Source: Macrostomum lignano (lineage: Eukaryota). From it: DNA of 64,000 bases. Each line of letters begins with the position of its first letter. Positions within the stretch are counted from its first letter, which is position 1. The DNA is taken from assembly GCA_002269645.1 (NCBI GenBank), contig NIVC01002523.1:100967-164966 (forward strand), given 5' to 3'. The translations under genes were made by a program, and so were the position numbers. Below are positions 37,047 through 47,700 of this stretch, piece by piece. The notes under the pieces were generated by a model that saw only the letters and a list, made by a program, of their open reading frames with translations, ran no database searches and was not told the DNA's origin.

Positions 37047-37500
37047 GTAGCAAGCAATCCCTCAGATAGCAAGCATCCCCTGTAATCCCCCAAATCTCCT
37101 TGCACCCAGACAGCAAACATCCCCTAGATAGCAAGCAATCCCCCAGAGCTAGACAGCAAGCATCCTCCAAACAGCATTGTTCCCCCCAGACAGCAGAGCA
37201 AATTAAGAATGTAATGATATAATGTAGCAAGCATCCCCCAGACAGCAAGCATCCCCCAGATAGCAGCAAGCATCCCCTAGATAGCAGCAAGCATCCCCCT
37301 GATAGCAAGCATCCCCAGATAGCAGCAAGCATCCCCTTGACAGCAAGCATCCCCCAGACAGCAAGCATCACCTAGAAAGCAATCATCTCCTAGACAGCAA
37401 GCATCCCCCTAATAGCAAGCATCCCCCAGACAGTGGGCATCCCCTAGATAGCAAGCATCCTTCAGACAGCAAGCATCCTCTAGACAGAAAGCATCCCTCA
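37047..37500. repeat. Minisatellite AGATAGCAAGCATCCCCC, the inverted counterpart of 35741-35945
   Basis: Tandem degenerate copies. Confidence 0.9.
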
Positions 37501-38665
37501 GACATTGTGGCGCACTACTTCAATACTTTCAAAGTACATTGGCTGATATCTTTCCCTTATGCCAAAAAGAATATTTTTGAATCCTCATATTTAATTATTT
37601 ATAGCTCGTACCATCAGCTCAAGAAATTGAAGTTTAGTCTGTGGCCATAGACATATTGAGCTCTCACTGCAAGAAAAATACACTAATTAGATAGGAAAAA
37701 CAGGTTTTTGTACATTTTCACCAATTTCTTAATTGAAATTAAACATTTAAACCCCACATTGACACTCTGCATAATATTTCCAATCCATTGGCTCAAGTCA
37801 GGTGAAAATCCATCTAGCCATTTTTCTTCTAGGCTGTCATTTACACACAGACATTCATTTTTAGTATATAGATGTTATCTTTTTCATTAAAGCTATTATC
37901 ACTAAAATAGAAGAAATAGTGGCTTTCATATTTTAAAATTGAATAAAAAGGTAAAATTCTATGCAAGTGCTCATTGTGTTACTAATAGTAGTTTATAGTA
38001 GTAATACTTTATGTAGATAGGCCTAATTATTGACTAGGGGGTTAAAGGTAAGGTGTATAAATAAATCCTAGGCCCTGCAGCAAACAAATTTCTTATATAA
38101 TATCTATAGATAAGTGGAGTATATCATTTTAATATAATGCTAATATAAAGATAATATACTTATACATTTAGACACAAAAGTTATGTGTATATTATTGTAT
38201 ATTATTATTGTATATGTTATTATATATATTATTGTATATGTATATTAATATATTTAAAAAAGACAAAACCCTTTTTTCCTATTTATTATTTTTATTAACC
38301 CTAACTATATTTTTGTAGGCCTAAACACTTTAGCCTATATTAAAGATAAGGCTCTTAATTACACTAATGGCAAATGACTTTTATTTATAGAACTATTTTT
38401 ATTCTAGTGAGAATACACACTGTTTGCAGTTTTATATGAAATTATAAATAACCCTTCAGAAAAGTGGACTACTATCTGATGTTAAATCTCCTTCAAACTT
38501 ATTTTAAGATTCAAAAGCTTTGCTTATTACTAGTAAGTATTAAGCGTGAACATAAAGCTAAAGTCTACAGATATTATAAAAATACTAATTGTGCTTAAGG
38601 CCTAAGCCAACAGGTTTCTACATTGATAGCATTATGACTCAACTTCAGTGCTAAGCAACGCTACC

Positions 38666-39436
38666 ATGCTGTCGTCTCGTGCAAGTCAATGCCTGCTGCG
38701 AGCCCAGAATTGCCAGCCCTGGCTCTCAGCATTGGGCCGCCGCCTGTTGTTCATCCAGACTGAGGACACGCCGAACCCTAACAGCGTGAAGCTGTTGCCT
38801 GGCAAAGAGGTGCTGCCGGCTGGTTCAACTCGCGACTTTCCCAGCCGGTCAGCAGCGCAGGCGTCGCCCCTGGCCAGGCGTCTGTTTCGCGTCCAGGGCG
38901 TCTCTGGCGTCTTCCTTGGCCCGGAATTTGTTACAGTGACCAAAGCTGACTCTGCTGATTGGAAAGTCATCAAAGCCGAGGCCTTCGCTGCCATCATGGA
39001 CTTCTACGCTAGCGGACAGCCGGTCATTGCTGAAGAGTCGGACAGTGCTGGCGGCAATGCGGCCGGAGCTGCGGGCGAGACGGAGGAGCCCGTGTCACCA
39101 GAAGACGCCGACACCGTGGCAATGATCAAGGAGCTCCTAGACACTCGCATCCGGCCAACAGTTCAAGAAGACGGTGGCGACATTCTCTTTCGTGGCTACA
39201 AACGCGGAGTTGTCCGGCTGAAGCTGCAGGGCGCCTGCACCTCCTGCCCCAGCAGCACGGTGACACTCAAGATGGGCGTGCAGAACATGCTGCAGTTCTA
39301 CGTACCCGAGGTGGAAGCCGTTGAATCCGTTGACGATGAGGACGACTTGGAGCGATTGGGCCGAGAAGAGTTTGAACGGCTGGAGAGTCGGCTGGAGTCT
39401 CCCGGCGGGGAAAGGCCGCCCGATGCCCGGCAGTGA
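38666..39436 (+). CDS. NFU1: Mitochondrial Fe-S cluster scaffold NFU1, intronless, 256 aa (ATG at 38666)
   Basis: Presequence-like N-terminus; [18 protein letters not shown]; [19 protein letters not shown]; CxxC motif in [11 protein letters not shown]. Confidence 0.96.
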   Translation: MLSSRASQCLLRAQNCQPWLSALGRRLLFIQTEDTPNPNSVKLLPGKEVLPAGSTRDFPSRSAAQASPLARRLFRVQGVSGVFLGPEFVTVTKADSADWKVIKAEAFAAIMDFYASGQPVIAEESDSAGGNAAGAAGETEEPVSPEDADTVAMIKELLDTRIRPTVQEDGGDILFRGYKRGVVRLKLQGACTSCPSSTVTLKMGVQNMLQFYVPEVEAVESVDDEDDLERLGREEFERLESRLESPGGERPPDARQ

Positions 39437-39789
39437 CTGAGGGGACTGAAGGATATTTCTGATACGAGCTACTTGTCATTTTTAGCAAACAGATTGTCAT
39501 ATGCTGTTTTGAATTTCTGATGAAAATGCTTTTGCTTGGTATTGTTGTATTCTACTTGAGTAATGTAGCATGTTTACTCAAGCACCTTTGCTCATTAGAT
39601 TTATGCCGATTACCTTAGTCTTCACCTATATTATACCGTGCTCAGAAAGCAAAGCGAACAGTCACTGTTCTGTCAAGTTATCAATTTTATCGTTGCTGAT
39701 TTTTTTTTTGTCTTTTCATTTATTATTAGTGTTTAGGCTAACAAGTTGGTGCATTTTTGCTTAGTCATAAGACAGGAGTACTACGGCAC

Positions 39790-40010
39790 AAGAGACCAAA
39801 TGTAACCGCGGCAACGTATCTGATTCTCGCACCAAATTACCTGGGCTTGACCACGCACACGTATCTATTGAGGGCCAACTCCCAAGGTGCGGAGCGTTTT
39901 CACACTGTCTGACGATGAGAGAGTCAGCGGCGCTATACACCCCATGGGAGCGTGTGTCTGAGTACCGTGTGCGTGTGCATGCTCAATGCTCAGCAGGATG
40001 GCCGTGACTG
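39790..40010 (+). mobile_element. Diverged SINE family B-related copy between NFU1 and the bHLH gene
   Basis: TGAGGGCCAA..., CGCTATACACCCC...GAGCGTGTGT blocks shared with 14310-14575. Confidence 0.4.
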
Positions 40011-40203
40011 CTTGACCTGCTCGCTGGCGGCGGGTTGCCCAACTAACTAGCCTGTGTCATCGAATACTCGTATTTATACACGCTTGCGTCCCTCTGTTTG
40101 GTAGCCACTAAACTTAGCTGGGGAATTCCCGTTCTAGGATACAACTTTTTGTCGGTTTTTAGTTAAAGTTGACTATCGCCACCCCGCCCACAGAAGTGGA
40201 AGG

Positions 40204-40980
40204 ATGAGCCTGACGTCAGACAGCGGCGCCTGCTCCGTGTCATCGTCCGAGGCCTGCCCTCGCGACAACTCTGACCCCGAAGAGGAGGAAGATGACGAGG
40301 CAGAATACGACGATGAAGAATTCCAACTGGACGTCGCTGCGGCCGGCAACGAGGCTGAAGCGGCTGCCGCGGCCGCTGCTTTCCTTGGCACCAGCGGTCG
40401 CATCGACGACGGCATCGAGTTTGTCAACGATCCGGAGATTTTCGCGGCCGCCGCCGCGGCAGCAGCCGCCGCCAACGGCTGCGGGCGTCAGCGGCGTCGA
40501 AACGGCGCCGGACGAGCTCGAGGAAACGACGCTAATCAGCAGAACAGCGCCGGCCGCCAATCGAGCCGCGGCTCGGGTAGCAACCGGACCTATTCGCATC
40601 ATCGCGAGCGCGTCAGGCGAGAGCGCTTCATCGATCTTTATGGGAAGCTGCAGACGGCCGTGCCGAATCTGCAGGGCATTAAGCGGGCCACGCACCGCAA
40701 GATACTAACAGAGACGGCGGCCTATCTGGCTAACACTATAGCTCAGATTAAAGCTCGCCGACGGGTTAGCAAGCTGCGTGCTTTATTGGCCCAGCTGGAG
40801 TCGGATGCCAGCTACGTGCGCCGGCTGTCCGGAACTCAGCGGCATCGCCCAGTACAGCCGGAACAGCAGCAGCAGCAGTTTGGCCACGCCAGTTCCAGCA
40901 GTGTTCAACGATTGCAACAGCTGATCCCAGACGAGTCGCCAACTGTGTTGGCTATTGGCGACTGCTTTCTGATTGGCTAG
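40204..40980 (+). CDS. Intronless bHLH-Zip transcription factor, divergent Myc/Max-network-like, 258 aa
   Basis: Basic region SHHRERVRR, helix 1 to VPNL, loop/helix 2 KRATHRKILTETAAYL, short zipper LRALLAQL, acidic segment SDPEEEEDDE..EEFQLDV. Confidence 0.75.
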   Translation: MSLTSDSGACSVSSSEACPRDNSDPEEEEDDEAEYDDEEFQLDVAAAGNEAEAAAAAAAFLGTSGRIDDGIEFVNDPEIFAAAAAAAAAANGCGRQRRRNGAGRARGNDANQQNSAGRQSSRGSGSNRTYSHHRERVRRERFIDLYGKLQTAVPNLQGIKRATHRKILTETAAYLANTIAQIKARRRVSKLRALLAQLESDASYVRRLSGTQRHRPVQPEQQQQQFGHASSSSVQRLQQLIPDESPTVLAIGDCFLIG

Positions 40981-41722
40981 GCTCTGCGTGTGCTCTGCAG
41001 CTAGTTCTTCACGCGGGGAGACCATATGAAAAAGTTGCAAAATCGCATTCTGATATAAAAAAAAGAGAAAAATTCACTGAAACAAAAAATAGTAAGCAAA
41101 GTTTAGCGACTGGCGTTTCTTGCGCGTTCCGCCCTTTTTCTAAAATTTTCCCTGAGTTTTTCTTTGGGAAATAATGAAAAATCTGCCCGAAAATAGACGA
41201 GGGCTTCGCGAGTCTTTCGTGAATTGAAGTGAAAAAAAAAGTTTTTTCGTGTTACCTTGTTTATGGCTTATTTGATTTTATCCGACTGTCCCAGAAGTGC
41301 TATTAATTATGTGGACTAGCTCCAGCCAGCAGTCCGGTCCCAAGGTTAGTGTTAGTTTTCAAAGTTTTAGCCAGCTCAGGACCCGTAATCAGAATTGCAT
41401 CTCGTTGCTAATTAATTTCAGGGACATTACGTAGAAAAGATTTTAAGGGCTTTCTTTAAGAACTGTTGCTGCTGGCTCGTATTTTTGTGTTGAGAAAATA
41501 AGTAAGTCTCATATCTCAGTATCTCAGTAGTGTTTTTTATGGGTTAAGCGACATTTCCAAAAACGTCTTGATTAAATTCTAACCACCAGTAGGTCATCGA
41601 TAGGCCGATAGATCTTTAAAAAAGTAAGCCGATGATTAGACACTGCATTTGTCTATCAAAATCATGCTTCCGTCTGACTGACGTGCCGGTAGCGCCACTC
41701 GATTGCTCTCGATCCGAGCTAG

Positions 41723-44700
41723 ATGGAGCTGCTGCAAACGGTTTGCGTGGTTACCCAGCAGAAGCAGACGGTTGGCGATGGCGACAGGTTGCAGTTGGCC
41801 ATGCGAACGGCCTTGGCCGATGTGCAGCTGATATGCAGCAGGTTGGTGCGCGCTGTGTTAATCTCGGAGCCTATTTGCTGTGTCTAATCTGCTGCCTAAC
41901 TATTGTCTAATGCTTCTAACTATGGCATGCTGGGGTTAAATAAGAAACCCTAACGAGTATTCACTCGAACATTTTATCAACCAAAGAGCTTCCAGGCAAA
42001 AAATAAGTACCATGTATGTATTTACTGCTATGTGCAAGCGTCAGCATCAAATTCCGGATACCGAATTGAAAACCCGTTTGCCAGCTGACATCGGCCAGAA
42101 AATTTTAAAATAAAAAATGCCAACATCTCTACCCTACCCTGTACATTGCTGACCCCACTGAAGTTGCGAAAATACTGAACTTATATTAATGGGCATCCGG
42201 ATCAGAAAACAGGCGACCAATTTGGCATCCGTGGGGTCCAAATTAAGGATGCCGAAATGAAATTTGTTTTTTTCATAACACATGCTATGACACTAAACAT
42301 AGATAGCATGCAAAATTGATGCATTTGTATCTGTAATTTCTGCAATCGATATACTGTAAACAAATAGCTACCTTTTATAGGGTCGGAAATTTCAGCTTGA
42401 AACAATAAACTTGGCTCCAAAAATCCTCGCATTTTATAACGATTTGCATTCTGCAGGCTTGGCCTCACCTGCCGCAAGGTTGAGTACAGTCATCTTGAGT
42501 ATGGTAGCACGAAGGCGCTGCAGGATTTCTTCAATTCCGATGTGGCCATTGTGGACATGACTATCAAGGTACTGAAGGTGCTTCAGTCCCTGTCAAGAAT
42601 GTAGCAAGTTCTAAGGGTTAATGCTAGCACTAATGATCACTCTGCAGTGAATATGCATGCATCAGATTTCATGCAAACGCACTATTATAACAGCTTGTAG
42701 CAGCTGAAACACGTTTGAATTTTTAAAGTAATACGGCTGATCTCTTAACTTCGTAACTTCATTTCCTATTTTTAACCTTGATTACTCCTGTGTTTGCTTT
42801 TCTAATTTATCAAACGTAGGCTAATAACACGCAGGTGATTACTAAATGTACTCTTGCATTTTCCTTGACAATATAAACCCGGAAGCAATTAATCTGGTCC
42901 GTGGTTTTGCTTAATCGTCTGTAACCATGTACTGCCGTAGATTGCACGCGCAGTGTCACTTCTTACTTTTCCGTCCTCCTGATTATGTCCCATTGGGCAG
43001 GCACAGCGGTTAACCCTGCTGCACCAGATGAAGGTTCGCACCAGCATGGGACTGCTTGGCAATGTGGCTCTGCTTTGGCACTCAGGCGCTGAGGACACGG
43101 AGTCTGTGCGGGTGAGTGCAAAATTAGCTGGCAGCTCAGTGCTAAACGTGCGCGTCTGACCGATTCCGTGCGCGAAAATTAGCCGATTGGTACATGTTGC
43201 GATTCACACCCATGAGCGCCAATCTCTAAGGTACACAGAGTGTACATGCCTGACGATCCGAAATTCAAATGGCCGCTGTACACCCTGTGTGAGCGTTTGC
43301 ATGAGTTCGTGTCTGCGTACAGCATTGGCGCGCTTGCATGTGCCTGGGAGTGAGCGGAATGGACAGAATTATGCAAAGTGGGGGCAATTTTGTTGTAACG
43401 AAATTTACAGATTTATGAAATTTCCGGTTTCGGGAGTGACAGCTCCCACAATGCTGGCATAGTAAATTCGAAAATTTATATGGAAATTTCAGTCTACAAA
43501 TTTTGCTAGCAGTTTTTGAACATTTTTAAGTTCAGCGCTGCATTCGCACTTAAGCAAATCTCTATTGCTGTACGTAATAGTGCATTGAGCGAGCTCCTGG
43601 CGTTCTAAGATTTATCGTCCTCTTCTCCTAATTTCTACCTCGATGATCCCTTCTGTCAAACAGTCGATGCTGCCTGAGTCTGACCGTCTCGTAGCCTACA
43701 CCGTGGCCGCCGCGAGCCCGACTGGCTCGGTTGGCACGGGGCCGAGCGGTCGGCGGCACTGCATTGTCCTGCCTGATAGCGCCGGCGGCGGCGGCGGTCG
43801 GCTCTATGGCCGATTGAAACGGCTGGTGAAGGAGCAGCGACGGTCCGCCTTGGCCAGGTTCGAGTCCTACTCGCCTTATCTGATCATCCGCTGCTCTTCC
43901 TGATCATCTGTTGCTCTTTCTGGTCATCTACTGCTCTTTCTGATCATCTACTGCTCTTCCTGATCATCTACTGCCCTTCCTGAACATCTACTGCTCTTTC
44001 TGATCATCTACTGCTCTTTCTGATCATCTACTGCTCTTTCTGATCATCTACTGCTCTTTCTGATCATCTACTGCTCTTTCTGATCATCTACTGCTCTTCC
44101 TGATCATCTACTGCCCTTCCTGAACATCTACTGCTCTTTCTGATCATCTACTGCTCTTTCTAATCCTCATCTGCTCTTCCTGATCCTCATCTGCTCTTCC
44201 TGGTCCTCATCTGCTCTTCCTGATCCTCATCTGCTCTTCCTGATCCTCATCTGCTTTTCCTGATCCTCATCTGCTCTTCCTGATCCTCATCTGCTCTTCC
44301 TGATCCTCATCTGCTCTTCCTGATCCTCATCTGCTCTTCCTGATCCTCATCTGCTCTTCCTGATCCTCATCTGCTCTTCCTGATTCTCATCTGCTTTTCC
44401 TGATCCTCATCTGCTCTTCCTGATCCTCATCTGCTCTTCTTGATCCTCATATGCTCTTTCTGATCCTCATCTGCTCTTCCTGATCCTCATCTGCTCTTCT
44501 TGGTCCTCATATGCTCTTCCTGATCCTCATCTGCTCTTCCTAGTCCTCATCTGCTCTTCTTGGTCCTCATCTGCTCTTCTTGGTCCTCATCTGCTCTTCC
44601 TGATCCTCATCTGCTCTTCCTGATCCTCATCTGCTCTTCCTAGTCCTCATCTGCTCTTCTTGGTCCTCATCTGCTCTTCCTAGTCCTCCGCTGGAAGTCT

Positions 44701-47700
44701 CCCCTCTCCACCATTGTTGCTACATCGCTTCCCTCCAGACGCCAGGCTGCTTACCTGGCGGAGGTGCGAGCCACTCTAAATCAGCGCATGAGGCCCGGCG
44801 AGCTGAGAGCCCGGCTGGCCGGAATGAGAGAACGTCTGGACGACCCGGATCTGCTTTCCACGGAGGTGCTGCTGACCACCCTGCTGGCTTACAGGTTCGA
44901 ATAATCTATCCTTAGCAAATGAAAATCGAAGCTCAACAATATTTTCATGATTATTATTTGAATGAGTTTGATAAAACCGGATTACGCAGAAAGGCGCAAG
45001 ACTACTCGGGCATGGTGACGCTAATTGAGCACGTTGGCGAGCAGTACAACAGCAGCGAGGGGGTCCAGTACTATTACGCATTCGCTCTCAACCGTCGCAA
45101 TCTACCTGGCGATCGCCAGCGGGCGCTTCAAGTAGCCAGCGCGGCTCTGGAAGCTGCCGACCGCCCGGTGCCCTCTCTGTTGGCGCTGCTGGGCCGCATT
45201 TACAAAGACCTCTTCACCGATTCGGACTGCCAGGACAAGGAAACTCTCAGCTTGTCGCTGCACTGGTGCGTTTTGGCTAGTGGACCGCCAAACCACTTGG
45301 ATTAGAAACGATTAAAAAAACTAAATTGGGTTTAATAAGACAGGAAGACATCCGATATCCTACCAAAGATCCTAAATTTACTCCAGATCCAACCAACGAT
45401 CTCAAATCCAGCATAAGTTCTATAAAACAAATTTCAATAAACATAAACGCTTTTCTACTGAGTTTTTTAAACAATTGGATTTTTGCGAAGGGGCGAAACT
45501 TAAGTCCAGGGGCTTCAGGCGTCCTTTGTCTGTTTGACTTTAATATAATTTAATATGCGAGAGAATAATAAAATTTTAAAACTCGCACAGTCCCGGATTT
45601 TGTGTCGAAAAATCCGAATTTCCTATATCTATCTAGCTTGACCTCTTGAACTCAAGTGGTCTTTTGACTCTTTAGAATGTTTATCACGTATCTGGCACAA
45701 GCTGATCTTCTCCCTGCAGGTACAGACAGGCTTTTCAGGCCCAGCCAAACGAATTCTCAGGAATCAACCTGGCCACAATGCTGCTAGCCGCTGGTGAAGG
45801 CGAAAGCCAGGAACTGCAGCACGTTGCCATGGTAATTAACGGGATGCTGGGACGCCGCGGCTCTGTAGAGACACTCACCGACTACTGGCTAGTGGCGTCC
45901 TTCTTTGAAGTCAGCGTGCTGACGGAGAACTATCCGAAGGCCTGCCAGGCCGCCGCCTGCATGCACCATCTGGAGCCGCCGCTGTGGCACCTGCGACTCA
46001 CCCTGGACAAAGTGGCCCTGATTCACCGCTTCCGACAGCCCAAGCCGACGCGGCTGTTCACCTTCTGGCTCGACTATTTCCGGGAGATGGCGGCCGACTC
46101 GCCCAGCCTCGACGATGAAGCTGAGGAAGAGTCTCTGGTGGAGTTGGAAGCTGTGCCCACTGCGGAATTTCTGGCCCTGCTAGCCGAGACTGAGTCGGAC
46201 GAGTGGCCGGTGCGAGTTCTGGTGAGTTTCAGCTAGTCAGACTGGAGGCAAGCAGTCATGCCCGCTACAAAGACCTGTGAGCATGCACACGCACATGGAT
46301 AGGTACGCAGACTCTGATTTCACATGTGGCATGCACAGATAACGCACTCTGTGCCTTGGCCTGTGCATCAGCCTGTGCAGGTACACACTGTGCCTTGGCC
46401 TTCGCGGGAATTAATCAGCCTGTGCAGGTACACACTCTGTGCCTTAACCTTCGCGGGAATTAATCAGCCTGTGCAGGTACACACTGTGCCTTAGCCTTCG
46501 CGGGAATTAATCAGCCTGTGCAGGTACACACACTCTGCCTTGGCCCTCACGGGCATTAATCAGCCTGTGCAGGTACACACTCTGTGCCTTGGCCCTCGCG
46601 GGAATGAATCAGCCTGTGCAGGTACACACTCTGCCTTGGCCCTCACGGGCATTAATCAGCCTGTTCAGGTACACACTCTGTGCCTTGGCCATCGCGGGAA
46701 TGAATCGCACAACAGGCCTCGAGCTAAATTTCCCCGTACGGACCCCAAACTATTGTGACCGCAAGAGTTCGGCGCGTTACCGGCTGAACTACTCTGCCTC
46801 AACTACCTCCGTACTCTGTTGAGAGCCAGCGGGTCAGGCCATTTTGTGCCGGAACCTGCAAACATTTCAAGCAATTTTTCTAGCAGTCTGTGGGATAATT
46901 AGGAATAAATGGAGATTTTATGCTAACTTAACGCACCGGAACGGAACCAATATCTTTCAGAGAAATACAAAAGTTAAAATCAACATAGATTACAATTAAT
47001 TCTTTCTACCGACGCGTTTCGGACCAACAATGGCCATCTTCAGGGTCTAGTGTATTTTTAACACTCACAACAACTTTATAAGTGAACAAATTTTAACATA
47101 GATTACAATTAATTCTTTCTACCGACGCGTTTCGGACCAACAATGGCCATCTTCAGGGTCTAGTGTATTTTTAACACTCACAACAACTTTATATAAGTGA
47201 ACAAATGTTAACAAATGAACAAATGAAAATTCTGCCCATGACATGCCCTTTGGACTGTACAGTTAACATTTGTTCACTTATATAAAGTTGTTGTGAGTGT
47301 TAAAAATACACTAGACCCTGAAGATGGCCATTGTTGGTCCGAAACGCGTCGGTAGAAAGAATTAATTGTAATCTATGTTGATTTTAACTTTTGTTTTTCT
47401 CTGCCTGCTAAAGCGTGCTACCTTACCTCAACAAATTTTAACTATATCTTTCATATTTTTATTAATCGCACTGGCCTGGGGCTGAATGAGACAAAGCCAG
47501 GTGGGATTTTAACTGAACTCTCTATTGGCCTTTTCATATTGCTTGTTCTGGTTCCAGAACCAGAACCAATTTGTGAAGTATAACTTTTTGTCTCCATAAC
47601 TAGAGGGAGATACATGCTATAAAGTTTTTATTATTGAATGACAATCGCCAAGAAGAAAGTGAAAATTGTGCTAAGTGAGGTTGTTAAGGTAGTCAAACAT

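Larger units (their letters stand above)
46958..47403. mobile_element. Penelope-like/retrozyme-type non-autonomous element: two direct 113-bp units plus one inverted unit, each with a hammerhead
   Basis: Direct repeat 46981-47090 / 47095-47210 and inverted copy 47261-47400; no RT ORF. Confidence 0.7.

Noticed and set aside
46958-47403. Autonomous Penelope retroelement
   Set aside because: No reverse transcriptase or GIY-YIG ORF nearby; only the ribozyme-bearing repeats remain.
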